64,000 bases of DNA, taken from positions 11,904,001 to 11,968,000 of the forward strand of contig OZ249445.1 of NCBI GenBank assembly GCA_965235115.1, read 5' to 3'. The position numbers were made by a program, and so were the translations under genes. Below, one piece after another: positions 38,401 through 51,817 of this stretch. The stretch's first letter is position 1; each line of letters begins with the position of its first letter. This stretch comes from Laetmonice hystrix (lineage: Eukaryota). The notes under the pieces were generated by a model. It was not told the DNA's origin and made no database searches. It worked only from the letters and a program-made list of their open reading frames with translations.

Positions 38401-41400
38401 GTTAAATGAACTTTACTCCAACCACGCATAGATCAGTGCATGTAATAGCTGCATGCACCCAGGGACCCCTGGATCCCGCTGGTCTCATCCGTTCAGTCCT
38501 TTGTTTTACTTCCTATCTTAAACTCGAACAGCATTATTATCTAGTAAGCGTATACTACTTTACAATCTCCAACATAAATACACTAAGATTGTTTTGACAT
38601 ACGATTTTTACCTGTAAACACGATTATCAACAAGTATGGTTAGGCCTACTTATATAGTCTCAGCTCACCTCTTTTCCTAGTTTAGCTCCTGATTTCTCGT
38701 TCTGTACACTGATTTTTTCCCTCTCTCAGATTTAGTGGGAGGAGACGATCCTCACGTCACCTTACATGACAAGAAGCCCTGGGCGTGCATCGCCCGGAGA
38801 ACGTGCCGCCTTACAAAATGTGGGCCACCACCAGCACCACCAGCACCACCGTCCTGCCGACTGGCACCACATCTGGCGCCTTTATCTGACACCTCTCAGT
38901 TAGCGAGATGAACCAGCCGTGGTTATTTTTTCTCTCATCCTTTCTGACCACAATATCAGACAGTGACGAGCTAACCACATTTCTGTCAAGTATGATGAAT
39001 GGTACCCGGAAGCGGTATTTTTCTCACCACAGATGCCATACCGTCACTATCTTGTCCTTACCAATGGTGCATGAAACCAGGTAGACCGAATGTAACAAAT
39101 AACTGATACTAAACGCTTCCCCAACCCCACCCTCACACAAACAAGACCTCACACAACGGTTGCTCAATACTACACTTGGAACAATCAAGGCTGAGCGCCC
39201 GGTTTACTTTTAGCCTAGTATTATCCTATTTCTACCCAAGATACTAATTGCACATAACATCCAAACTTCACCGCCTCATCAACGAGTAACATCCAAACTT
39301 TGTTTCAATATCTATCTGGCTTAACTTGTTGAATGACGCGCCATGTTAATTCCTATGTTATATACCCTACAATGTCATTAAGAGCTAATCAGAAACATCT
39401 GCATACGTGATAAACGTCAATGGCCACCAATACCATTTGATGAAGTTCTTCCGGTACCATTAATGACCCATTCTATGCCCATACTGTACGTCTGAAAGAA
39501 ACCATTATCCTAGTCCGGTTGGTACCAACACCCCATGACTATGTAGCCTCCCTTTCTCACCCCGGTGAGGTAATTAACGCCCCATCTTCTCAGGAATGTA
39601 CGCTAGAAAGACGCTGATCCAATCAGGAACCGTAACAAAAGACCTCTGCCCCTTTGTGCCACTTGAGGAATAATACTATAGTCTCGGTCTTACATTAACC
39701 TTACGGGCCACCGTAATGTTACAGTCCCCTGAGACTGCCTCTGTATACTGTCCACGGCTCACACGTCCCACTCACTCAATAACAGCTACGATAATTACCT
39801 GCTCCACCTCCGTCAATGATGAAAGTCGACATCGACCTGCCTCAGTAACGAGTTACGTCCGACTAGTCTGAGAGGTCAAGTAATGGTAAAGGATCTATGT
39901 TCCTCCAACTTTAAAGCACCAGGGTAATGTGAGCTTTTCAAATGCCGGGCCCTCTCTTACTTTTTAATTAAAGGTTCTCCAAAATCTGTCGTCAAAACAG
40001 AATTACTGGTTTGTATACTAACTCTCCGCATTTAACTTGATACTCTCTCAGAACTATATATACAAGTGCCCAAAGAGCCCCCGGTTGATTGTCACCGGGC
40101 TGACAGAATCGAGTGTCCGGTTGACAGACCAAGTGTCCTCCACTCGATATCACAGGGATAGTGTCCCGCCTGACAGACCTATATGATCTGGGTGATGATT
40201 TACCTGTGGTATGAAGATAGGCTGTCTATGATGAACTGGTCAGTGAACCGTCGGTCGGTGGGGACGACCTATCCTTGCCGGGACTCTGTGAGACCGACTG
40301 CCGGCGGGGTCTGTGGTGACGGACGGTGGGGAGTGAAGGTCTGCTGCTGCTGCTACACGTACATCCGTGACCACCGCCCTCCCCGCCCCATCACTCGTAC
40401 CACCACTGGGATAAGACCAGTCAGTCAGTACTACACGCGGCGGCCCAGTAAGATTACAACAGGCGGCCGGCTACAGTCTGTAGGATCGTGAAACTGGCGC
40501 TGATGATCTTCAGTCAGTCCGTCAGTGTAGCCCTGAAAGCTCCCGTTTGTTTGATGTCACGCCCACAAACTGACTACATCCGTGTTATGGTCGCGAGCAG
40601 CTCGTGACGGACGCAGCGTGACAGAGTTCGAGCCGGGACCGCCCGCCCCTCGGCCCACCGTGTGCCGGAGACCATGCTGAGACCACCGAGACCACATACC
40701 CCCCTCCCCCTTCACACCGACCGGGGTAAACACGGACGGCGGGGAGGCCCTGGGCGCGGGGACGATCAGAGGTGAAACACGGACGGGTGGGAGCTCTGGT
40801 GGGGGCCTGGGGGGTCACTGGGGGACTGTGACACTGGGTTTGAGACTGAAAGTATAGTATCTGTTTCTAACCACTTTCGTACACAAGACGGAAATTTGTG
40901 TTAAGAAAAAAGTGATGTCACGACTTTACAATCTCACCTGAGTCATACACGCCACGTTGTTTTTACGATGGCTCGTTATAAAGGAACACTTTGTGAACAA
41001 TGCTAACATAAAATAATGTACGTTTCAATCCGAATATTACCTCTACACTTTCTGGTATTTAAATTAAAATTTAATTATGTATTACAAATAAACTTTTCCT
41101 ATGTAAAGAACACCCCCCCCCCGCCCTGTTACTTATGTTAACCGCTTAAATTGGCCTCAAGATGGGGATCTGACTTAATTCAGCTTTATAACATCCTGGG
41201 CAGTCAGTGGTTGGTTTGTTTTTATACCGGAACATGAGCTCACATTTACTGACCTCATCACTATCTACAATATCCTGGATGGAAAACCATTATGATTGTC
41301 ATCAGCAAAAATGTGACAACAAGACTCTCTACAACTTGACTTCCTGCTCTTGTTCACTTTATTTTCCTGCTGAAAGGTTCACATCCTGACTCCTGCGGCA

Positions 41401-42250
41401 GCCTAGAATATCATTTATCTATAAAAGCCATATTTATTCTACCATAGTTTATCCGGTGTAGATTCACCCAACACAGAAAACTGAAAAAAGGACACAAGCT
41501 GGTCTAACGTAGTTTCTTTTATGCCAGATTATAGCAAACTACGTACATACCGGTGCAAGGAATTAATGTAAAATGTCTTAATTACCTGGTCTGTAACTAA
41601 ATGGCAGACTCATGATTGGCCCAAGGCCAGAAATAAAAGGTCATAGGTCATGTTCACTCGTCTCACAGGGTCCAAAGAAAGTTTAGCCTGTAACTGGTGT
41701 AGTTCCACCTGGTACCACCAGGTATCGTGCCCGGGTTAATTGCCCACGTTGGCGTTCTAACACTCCTCGCTGTCACCAGGGAGGGTCAGCCAGCCCTTGC
41801 TGTCACAAACTCTGGACACTGGACAGTAGGGTGTGTTTCAGAGATACGTGGTCAGCCGAATGACCACACGGTAACCCTCAGACCTCTCACTGTCACAACA
41901 TCCTATCATGTTACACTAATCCCCTAATATCACAATGTCTCATGGAATACTTGTATACCTAGTACTTGGATGGTTTAAAACCCTGAGGCTTTAAACGTTC
42001 AACAAAGCCGGCCCTTCTTTTGACAACAAGTTGTTATGTTTTATACTGGTCACACTCGTCACATGACCAAGTTAAGTCATGTTTCTATGTCAAAAAGTGG
42101 TCTCGGATAGAATGTTATTCAAAAGGCTGGCGGATGAAATCATTCATGACTGTTGAACGCGTCTGATATAATCAATACATTTCAAGAGATAAAAGTATTC
42201 TGGATTAACCTTATCTACATGTAACATTGGTAATTGTTTAATGTGCTCAC

Positions 42251-42497
42251 CTAAGAATGGGTCGTTGCCATTGGTAACAACTTCCACGGCCGCTGCCCCG
42301 GCCCCGGCCTCAGCCCGGCCACATCCTACACTGGTGCCCTCTGTCTGTTGACACGGTAAACACACGCCCTCAGTGGCGCCATCTAACGAGTCCGTCTCAC
42401 TTTGTTCGTCCGTTACTCGCCAGGTGGCACTAGGACATTCGGGACTCAGGAATTCCAACTCAGTGATCGTTTCCATGTCTCTCGACCTCCGTTTTTC
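42251..42497 (-). CDS. ANKS1: ANKS1 linker exon (EKRRSRDMETITE...NGNDPFL-G)
   Basis: Acceptor ttattttttgtccag|, donor TAG|gtgagc, 247 nt, phase 0 to 1. Confidence 0.83.
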
Positions 42498-42780
42498 CTG
42501 GACAAAAAATAAGGAGATAGTGAATATATTAAGAACCCGCATGCGTCTCTTTTTCGTGCCTGATTTATATGAAAGTTCTAAAAGTTTCCTCCTAAAACGT
42601 ATACACGTACTTAAGTATAAGGACATTTTCCTACCCTAGGGAATACACGTTTGTTATATGTAATAGGCCTAGTATATACCTGGAGGGTACAACTACAAGC
42701 CATAGTGAGAAGTAGGGAGTAGAATTGTGGAACATGGCGTTCCTCCAGCCACTCACCCCCCATAACCCCAAGGATTTTAC

Positions 42781-43136
42781 CTTTGGGTTTATTTTCTCTT
42801 GGATTCCGAGGATAGCGGTGGAGGGTGATGGGGGTGGGTGGTCCGGTGTGGGTGGCTGCTCGTAGCCGGTCGGACTGAGTGGGATCACCTCCCGACTGCT
42901 CCGTTTGGAGCCGAACTCGAGCGAGGGTGGCCGGGAGCTGGCTGTCGACGACCGGTCACTGCGCAGGGACACCTCGTCCTCCTGTTTGTTCTTCTCCACC
43001 TTGAGTTCGGAGGACGGTCCCTGCTGACTCAGGTAGTCCATCGACGTCGGCTTGTTGTCGGCAGCTGTACCCCACCCATATACAATCTCATCTTTAATAG
43101 GCAACATGATAACATTAATATCCGTGAGCACCGCCT
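42781..43136 (-). CDS. ANKS1: ANKS1 linker exon with LSPTGYEQPPTPDHPPPSP motif
   Basis: Acceptor cctgttttttttag| (in-frame alternative start at 43091), donor AAG|gtaaaa (in-frame alternative end at 42757), phase 1 to 0. The PPTPDHPPP motif resembles what I recall of invertebrate ANKS1 proteins. Confidence 0.83.
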
Positions 43137-43275
43137 CTAAAAAAACAGGTGTTGTCCCTACTTGATTGAACTATAAGCATCTTTTCTTATAACATCCATT
43201 TTACTGGGAGATATTGCCATACGTTCACAAGTATTGTGCATCCTCTACCTTATAATCGTGCCTTAGTTTCATTAC

Positions 43276-43651
43276 CTTCCTTTTCCTTTGATTCCTTTTC
43301 AAAGTCTCCTTTCTCCGAGTCCTTCTTTTCCTCGGACACACTCTCCTGTCTCTCCCTCTTTTCCCTGCCGACCAGTAAACTTTCTCTCTTCTCCTGCCAC
43401 GCATTGTTCTCCTTGCGTTGCTCGGCGATCCTGTTGTCGACCTTGGGCTCGTTGTTATTGTCACAGCAGACGTTATGCCGCGTGCCCCTCAGTGACTGGT
43501 CCTTGGTCGTCGTACCGGTTGTTGTTGTCATGGTTGTCGTCAGATCGGCGGCGTTAGCGTTCTTGTCGACATCCCGCCGCCGGTTTACCTCCTCATCCTG
43601 CCGCAGAGACTTGGCTAGATTTTTCCTCCGCGGCGGTTTCTTTGGAGTGTC
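43276..43651 (-). CDS. ANKS1: ANKS1 linker exon (DTPKKPPRRKNLAKSLRQ...KESKEKE), charged and Thr-rich
   Basis: Acceptor cccttcccacag|, donor AAG|gtaatg, 376 nt, phase 0 to 1; lies within ORF 43250..43666. Confidence 0.83.
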
Positions 43652-45255
43652 CTGTGGGAAGGGCACAATGTAGATCCACCTCAGTTAATACATTGATTGA
43701 TGGACTGCAGATTACATAACCTAGGCCAACCAATCAATCATCTCTTTACAACATGTTTGTCTAATAAACAACACTCATGGTAAGTGGCTTAGTACAAGCT
43801 TTTCCATTTGATAAAAAGAAAATGAATAATTAAAAGCCACATTCCACAATAGGTTTCACTAGGTAAAACATAATATTGTTTTCTGAGGAGGATGGACCCC
43901 CGTCGATTAACAACGGTTAACCCTGACAACGTTTATCATCATAGCCGTGGATTGATTGGTCAGCTCCCACTCCCATCATCATTGAACAAATCAAGCACAC
44001 AAGTGGGACAGGCATCATCTTCGTGCCCTCTATACCACTACAGGCAGAGATAATCTCGAGGTTAGCTGTGAATGGAAGGTGTGGTGAATGTGTGGGTGTG
44101 TGTGTAGGGGGGGGGGGAGTCGCACCTGTTGATGCAGCAGATAAACTACCATAGTCAACGTTAAGTTTGGTAAAATACCATAATTACATGAACGAGCGAA
44201 ATATAGATAATTTGATAATGTAAGTGTCCATGGTTTTTGTACATGTAGTTTTATCACGGTTTGTTCGGCGTAAAAAAGGCATTACACCATTAATATATTT
44301 CCCCTGTGTGCAACCAAGCCAAGCAATCATGTTTAAATGGTAGAAACTAATAAGGCTGTGCACTTTACAAATACGTGTTTACATCAATGAAAACACATAA
44401 TTCTATTGTAATGATATTTTAGAAAATAACAGGAATACCATGGAAATAAATAGGAAAAATATAAATGATCTAAAAACTATCAAACAAAAGACACCGCGTT
44501 CTGAAAACGTTCAGAACCCGAATAGAATAAAACAGAGGTTATAGAAAGAAATATAAATGTGTCACCTAAAATCAAGCTAAAACTTCGATCTTTGTAACTG
44601 TGTCTCAGCATCCTACAGTGATGTCCGGATTACACACCGTTTGTGATTGGAAAGAGGACAGAGTAGAAACATGGAAGCAGGTTTGTTTGGCCAAGAGTGT
44701 CTGGTAAGTCATACTTACAGGTGACTGAGACTGTAAATATTTGATGACAGAAACAACTTGATTAAAGTCCCTCAAACACTGAATAATCCCCAGATGTCAT
44801 GGTGGACATGGCCGTAACATCGAGATAGGTTAGGGTAAGTCAATGTCTATATTATTATAAATAACAGTTTTCTGCACAGGATCTAGAATTCCTTCGCTTC
44901 ATATACATTCACTACAACTAAAGATAATGTACAATCTATTTATCAGTAGTAGGAAAAAGACGTTCGAAATAGGTATACATGTAATTGCTTAAAAAAAATC
45001 TATTACAAGTCAGGGTCGGATAATAAACGTAACTTAAGTACCAAAACAGACCACTCATACGACCTAGAAATAACCCAATCAAAAGTTGTATATAAATACT
45101 ACTACTAATACACATGCCACCAATGCCAAATGACAGGATCCTTCACTACTGAATACTATACAAAATTCATTGGACAAAAATTAAAATTTGTGGCATGTCT
45201 TCCGATGAAATCAACCTATCCTGAAAGTGAAGGTATGTCTCTGTGAGATACTTAC

Positions 45256-45365
45256 GGGAGAGATGGGACTGTGTGTCCTTGCTGAACTCTTGGGTGAAGG
45301 TCGATTCATGGCGCACACTGGAGACGGTGTACTTTGTGCAGACGGAGGAGTTTTGTGTACTTGAA
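45256..45365 (-). CDS. ANKS1: ANKS1 linker exon (QVHKTPPSAQSTPSPVCAMNRPSPKSSARTHSPISP)
   Basis: Acceptor cattctttgctccag|, donor CCC|gtaagt, 110 nt, phase 1 to 0. Confidence 0.8.
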
Positions 45366-45556
45366 CTGGAGCAAAGAATGGTACAGAATAAATCTTATAA
45401 TTGTGTATGGTACAATCAAGAAGTTTTTGTTCTCAGTGGCACAAACCCACTTCCCTATCTATAGAACGACATTTCTATCACTGGTATATCGAGGTTTAGA
45501 GGGGAAGCTACAACTAGTCCCCTTCTTTAAGATGCTGGGTTACTAAGTGGACTCAC

Positions 45557-45675
45557 TTCGTGGCACTGGGGCCGTTGAGGTTGGCGAGTCGTAGATGTGT
45601 TCAGTGTCGCCCTCTATCGGTAGAGGTCGGCCCGACACGGGCGAGTCATACACAGAGCTTGTCTCGCTGGTTATA
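45557..45675 (-). CDS. ANKS1: ANKS1 linker exon (ITSETSSVYDSPVSGRPLPIEGDTEHIYDSPTSTAPVPR)
   Basis: Acceptor tttctctttacccttccag|, donor GAA|gtgagt, 119 nt, phase 2 to 1. Confidence 0.82.
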
Positions 45676-48600
45676 CTGGAAGGGTAAAGAGAAACTCGGG
45701 TAGATAAGGCAATATCAAATTATATCAAATTTACCATCACCCAAACTTTATATATAGGCCTACTCCATGCCAGAAAGGGGGGCGGGCTCCCTCTTTCCTT
45801 GCTTGACTTGCTCTATGAGACGTCTAATCTACCCTTGTTACGAAGCATATTCAGTGACTCTAGTTGTGTATTTATTGCTATATACTACATGAGATACTTA
45901 TCATATTTGATTTAAAGCTAATTCGGTGATTACGCCCTATCTATAAATTACTCTAGCTCACTCTTAAGGCATAACAAACCAGGCCTCTAATCCTAGGCCA
46001 TTCGTCTATAAATACCTCGACAAAGCTTATTCATATTTCCTATCTTGCTGAGCTCGATGACATCGAACAAAACATGTATCGTGACATTTCGAGATCTGGA
46101 TATCCCATGCAAATAATATCCGGCAGTTGGTATTTATGAGGCTAAATATATCTCAAACACATTAATAAGTCCCGTGGTTTAAGTTTAATATCGTTATATC
46201 ATATCGCAAAAAATACAGAACACTGTCTGCAAAACAGTAATTTTATAATCACATCAAGTAACGATTATAATTTCGCTCGACAGTGTTCACCAACGAGCAG
46301 CGTTTATAGACTATGGGCAACAATGACATCATTGCTTATCAAATTAATTTTCTGAGCACATATTACATTTCCCAACATTGATTACTTCATCTCTCCAGCA
46401 CTTACAACCCTCATTTCGCTAGACCCTATCTCACACCGACTGGTTGGCAGCCGGTGTATATTAATAGATAACATTCTAGCTCTCACACTAGTGCCTGGAC
46501 GTGTCACTAGAGGGCGCTGTGGTGGCGTCATTGGCCACACCAACACCATTCTCACACCAATTCAATTATACGCTATCAGTGGCCCCTGTCATGATAATCA
46601 TTGTACCTTTATAACAATCCATCACTTCAATGTCGGGCGATAGGAAACGATACGCAACGCAACGTATTCGACATGCACGACAAGAGGTGTGTGTGGACAC
46701 ACAGCGCCAGCGTTATGTGTAACGGCACCCAGTGGTTGCACAGTCACATACAACCATAAACTTGACACACAGCCACATCAACTTGACAAACAGCCACATA
46801 AACAAGCTATCAACTCTACAATCTTGTACCTTTCATATTAAAAACACAGCAAACAGCACGCGTACTTAGATGACCTGGCAATAAAGAATGATGCTTTGAA
46901 AATTAAACATTTAATGAAAAATATAAAGCTCATAGATAATCAGGCATGATAAATGTGACGAATAAACCATGCTGCGAACGATTGTGCAAAAAAAATTAAG
47001 CGTCCCATTTACAACAAGGAGTTAAAATACATTCTGAAACTGCACCTCGTTCGACGTGACGTATTATAGAAGACAGAGCCTCTTTAGTTGGGATTTATTT
47101 TAAACTCATGAGTAATACGACGTAGGGAATACCCGTGTGACTATCAGTCCCTTTCAATCTGTTTCCCTATAAAACTCTGCCTGTATGTCTGACGAGTTTT
47201 TGACGTTTTCATTTAAACCCTCTTGATGTAATCTTGCCTCTAGTTAACATTCATTAGTTGCCCACGCCCGAGGACTCTCTACTAAAGACACAATCTCTCC
47301 ATCAGTACCCATCCTGAGCCCCTGATAACCCGGCCTGAAGACAAACTTACGGCCCACTAATCCCGAAATCTAACCCACATATCCCACACCAATGGTAATA
47401 CCACCAGCGCTGGCAATAACCGACAGGAGAATGGTGTATTGGTCTCTATAATATCGGAACGTTCACATTCAGTGACAGTGGAATTATTACCTGCTTCACA
47501 ACAAGGCTCCTAGTGTCACTCAACATTTTATTCTCAACTAAAAACACATAGACACACAAGCATATCAGAGATGCAAAACAAAATTGCAAAAAAAAAATGA
47601 AATACTGAAATGAAGTTGTTCGACAAGAACAAGACAACTGAAAAAAATAGAAACACAGATAAAAAATAAATAAATGCCATAGGAGGATGAATGATCATGA
47701 AATTTGACATGGTTAAAAATTGAACACTTCAAATGCACACCGAACCATATTTTGTCAAACGTGCGATATAACGGGACCGACCATCAGACATACAATTCTA
47801 AACTGAACCAGGCCAGGGAATCCAACCGATAGAAAAACCTTAAATCTATTTAGAAGAGAACAAGAATGTCGTTCAGAGAGACCAGAAAACAGAGACAAAT
47901 TCACATAACAGGTGTGACTACCAGGCAGACACCTACTCCAGGATTAATAAACATAGTTGTGACCAGCTTTATGTGAGTCTCATCACACTCACATTATCTG
48001 ACAGACCACGCACCAGCTCTTTACACACTCGGCAAAAAGTTACTATTTTATAAATGCTATTATCATTTTGCTTGCTTAAAAAATATACATTCTTTAATGA
48101 AAATACCAATATAGGAAGAACTCACCACAGACGTGCATGACAAAAGCTATATAAATGAAAGACTATATTAAAACAGAAAATAATGCCACAACAGGAAAAC
48201 AAAGGAATGAACAAGCACGTTATGTGCAACTCAAAACTGATGTCTAAAGTCAGCAACAGTCTTAGTAAAACGTGCAAGGCGTAGAATAAGCTCATGACTA
48301 TTCATGAGAGCGACTGGCCGGGCTCACCTTTGATGTAAGCAGTTCCAAGATTGTATCCCTTCAAGGTCAATTGGAAACAAACTCTCGTTGTCCTCCTCAC
48401 CGTCACACACAGCGTCCGTGACGTCAAGGTCCCTGAACCAAACCACGCCCAACCGTCAACAACCAAACTCCAACACTCTTACACAGGTAGAGTCAGGAGG
48501 CTATAGACTAGTTTAACAAAGGCTAAAACTTTACAATCAAACAAATCAGGAAACTGGACAGTTGTTTGAGGAACCACTACGAGGAGTGCTGCTATCTGGT

Positions 48601-51279
48601 GGTGAAGAAGAAAGCCGCACGAGTCGGATGAAACCCGAGACTGGAAAGTAACCTTGAATAATTCCATGGGGGTCAGAATGTCACACACTCCTGGAAGTGG
48701 TGTTATTCTCAGCACAGTCAAAATGTCATGATATGTTATTACTCCAGTCACGGTCTGCACTTTAAACTACATACCTTGGGGGAAAACGTTCAGCCACCAG
48801 AGTTATAATTAGTTTATAGCTGCACCATCACTTCCCTTGAAGCAGCTAGAAATATGTTTTGTCCTAGAATACATCAGCAAGTGTCCTTTCCCTCGGTAGA
48901 CATTACAAGGAACACGTGTGCGTGAACAAACAAAGGCATGTCCAAATTGTTTCCACAATTTTCGTTGCTTACTATGTTCATACACCTTTCTTCACATTAA
49001 GATTAGGGGAAAACTTAGCTTCTTTTTTCATAAAGGAATTTGTGTGATGGCCGAAACCTTGAATAAAATGATAGTAATTTTTTTTATTTATCTATCTCTC
49101 TCTGGGATAATGCTATTACCTTCCCACTCCGAGTTTGCCGTCCGCTGATTTCCTTAACACCGTTATTTTAAATCGATGAGTTCAAATCAAATTTAAACTC
49201 AGCTAACTGTTTGCCTGCTTTAAGATTACATGCCACAATGTTTGGAAGACATTCATTTTGTACCGCAGATCGCATCAACGATTACTTAGCCATATTTACA
49301 TATCTAAAAATAGCACTAATAACCATGAATGCTGCTTTCATTGCATTGAGAAATGATCATTAATTTTTCCCAAGCCGTAATTGGAGCTAAAAGATTGCTT
49401 TAAGATATCCATCACCAGTGTGAGACGTTCCCGTTTTCAAGATGTAACAGATCATGATAGATTAGTGGAGAAAACGTCCATTCAGCCATTCACACTCCTT
49501 CCATTTTAAGAGAACAATTACCTATTGTATACATTACCATAATTACTTGGTGTGATTGATGTGAGCAGGGTACGGGTGGTCAGGCCCGGTTCATCCAACC
49601 CATATGTAATGATCCCCACTGACGAACCCGCTCCTGGCGGCTATTTTACCATCAACAAACGACCGTTTTCATATACTACTATGTGTGTCGATGACACAGT
49701 GAGCCCTGAACGATCATGTTCTAATCATGTGTTCTTGATAAATAACCACCCTAATATCGTGCCCTAGTAACTCCCAATCCAGGTCACTCGGCTCGATCAG
49801 TGAAAGGCAATCACTCTCTCTCTCTTAACTATGAAAAAGATCGCCAGAAACCTGCCACACACCCATAGTCATGACGCAAATAGAGAAAAGGAGAGTGCGC
49901 TTTTCCTGAAGCACCTTTAAGATCGGTTACCAAAGAAATCTTTCACTAAAATCAGACCAAATTAAACAAGACCCATTAACATACTTTTCTCCTCAGTTCC
50001 CTCCTTGAAAATAAGAGAAATTGACCTTTTTAAACCGTGAAAAAGAATGGGGAAATCCCAAAGCAATCAGGTGGTGGAAAGTGTTACAAACACCTCCTTT
50101 GTTAGGTCAGCGTGGCACATTTCTGTCACCAAGATGGGAGCGCCATCAATCGCAGCCCTGCCAGGCGTGACCGGCCCGAATACAGCTGGACATTTGATAG
50201 ATTTCTCTGAGAGCATAAACTGCCGCTATCAACTACGTGACTTGGCCTCCCGAGAAATATCCACCCACTCTCGCGCTCCTTATATCAACCGTGCTATAAA
50301 TGTCCCCAGCATGGGAAATTCTACTCCGGACTTTAGAAACAGAATTATTCACTATTCAATTGCCAACCAAAATGGAAATTTCTCGAGGACATTTCAATGT
50401 GTGTTTTAAGCTTTATTCAAAGATTTTACATCTTCAGTTATGACCCCTTGCGTCACGAGGTCATTTTGAGACACGATGAAACATCGCATGAATGACTACC
50501 ATTAGAATTTCTTCCTTAAAATCACTATAATGTTTGCATATTATCTGCAGGCTGTTTGGACCGAATGGCCATGCCTGACGCCCACATCGTCGACCTGGCA
50601 TCTTACCCGAGTCGGGACCATCTGAACTGACCCTGAAGACATCCATCCATCAAACTGGGCCAACTGGTCACCCGCGACCATGAAAATCTCTAAACTCGCG
50701 CCAGGCTCTGAGAGCATTGCACATTGTCATACTTCACTGTCAACCGCCGGTTTCAAATACACAGCCATTCTTACTGCTTCCCCAAACACTTCCCTTTACA
50801 GATTCATTATTTTAAATGTATTTTTAAACCTTCATTCGAGTCGCCTTTTCATTTCTTCAGGTGTCTTCCAAGTACAGAGAATCACCAGAAACCATTGTAT
50901 GTTCATTCAAGGATACGAGGTAAAATATAACATGTCAGATAGTTTACAGTTCTTTCTTACTTGATCGAATTTTATGGCAGAGAGATTCACTTTCCATGTT
51001 CCTTGTAAATGGATACACACTTATCTGCACTTTAGTAAAATAATCTCCATGGTACTAGTAGGATACCTACTACTTAAAGCTGAAAGTAGGTCTGATATGT
51101 GAGGGTATACACTTGCCATAATACCCTAGGATATATTGGCGCTCTGTAAGAACACTTTGATAACATTAGTCTGCTGGGTAGTCGCCAGCCTTGTGTTGTG
51201 TTTCCATCCAATGGTACGTGTGTCATGTTGACCAATATGGAAACCCATCAAGTATCCGTCCGACCATGTCAACTGTCCC

Positions 51280-51817
51280 ATCCCAGCCTGGTAGGCCCCC
51301 TCACCCTCACAATAACCCACCCCCTCCTCCCCGTCCCACCCCAGCCTGGTAGGCCCCTGTCACCCTCACAATAACCCCCCCCCCTCCTCCCCGTACCACC
51401 CCAGCCTGGTAGGCCCCTGTCACCCTCACAATAACCCCCCCCCCCTCCTCCCCGTACCACCCCAGCCTGGTAGGCTCCTGTCACCCTCACAATAACCCAC
51501 CCCCCTCCTCCCCGTCCCACCCCAGCCTGGTAGGCCCCTGTCACCTCCACAATAACCCACCCCCCTCCTCCCCGTCCCATCCCAGCCTGGTAGGCCCCTG
51601 TCACCTCCACAATAACCCACCCCCCTCCTCCCCGTCCCATCCCAGCCTGGTAGGCCCCTGTCACCTTCACAATAACCCCCCTCCTCCCCGTCCCACCCCA
51701 GCCTGGTAGGCCCCTGTCACCCTCACAATAACCCCCCCCCCTCCTCCCCGTCCCACCCCAGCCTGGTAGGCCCCTGTCACCCTCACAATAATCCCCCACC
51801 CCCTCCTCCCCCCCCGT
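51280..51817. repeat. C-rich minisatellite, about 60-bp unit, 9 copies
   Basis: cccagcctggtagg recurs at 56-61 bp spacing from 51282 to 51757. Confidence 0.95.

Noticed and set aside
38812-38872. Minus-strand ATG micro-ORF MWCQSAGRWCWWCWWWPTF with a phase-1 donor
   Set aside because: The peptide comes from a short triplet-like repeat and is implausibly Trp/Cys-rich; likely chance.
18473-51817. CRISPR-like appearance of the tandem arrays
   Set aside because: Units are head-to-tail with no unique spacers, there are no cas genes, and the context is a eukaryotic intron.
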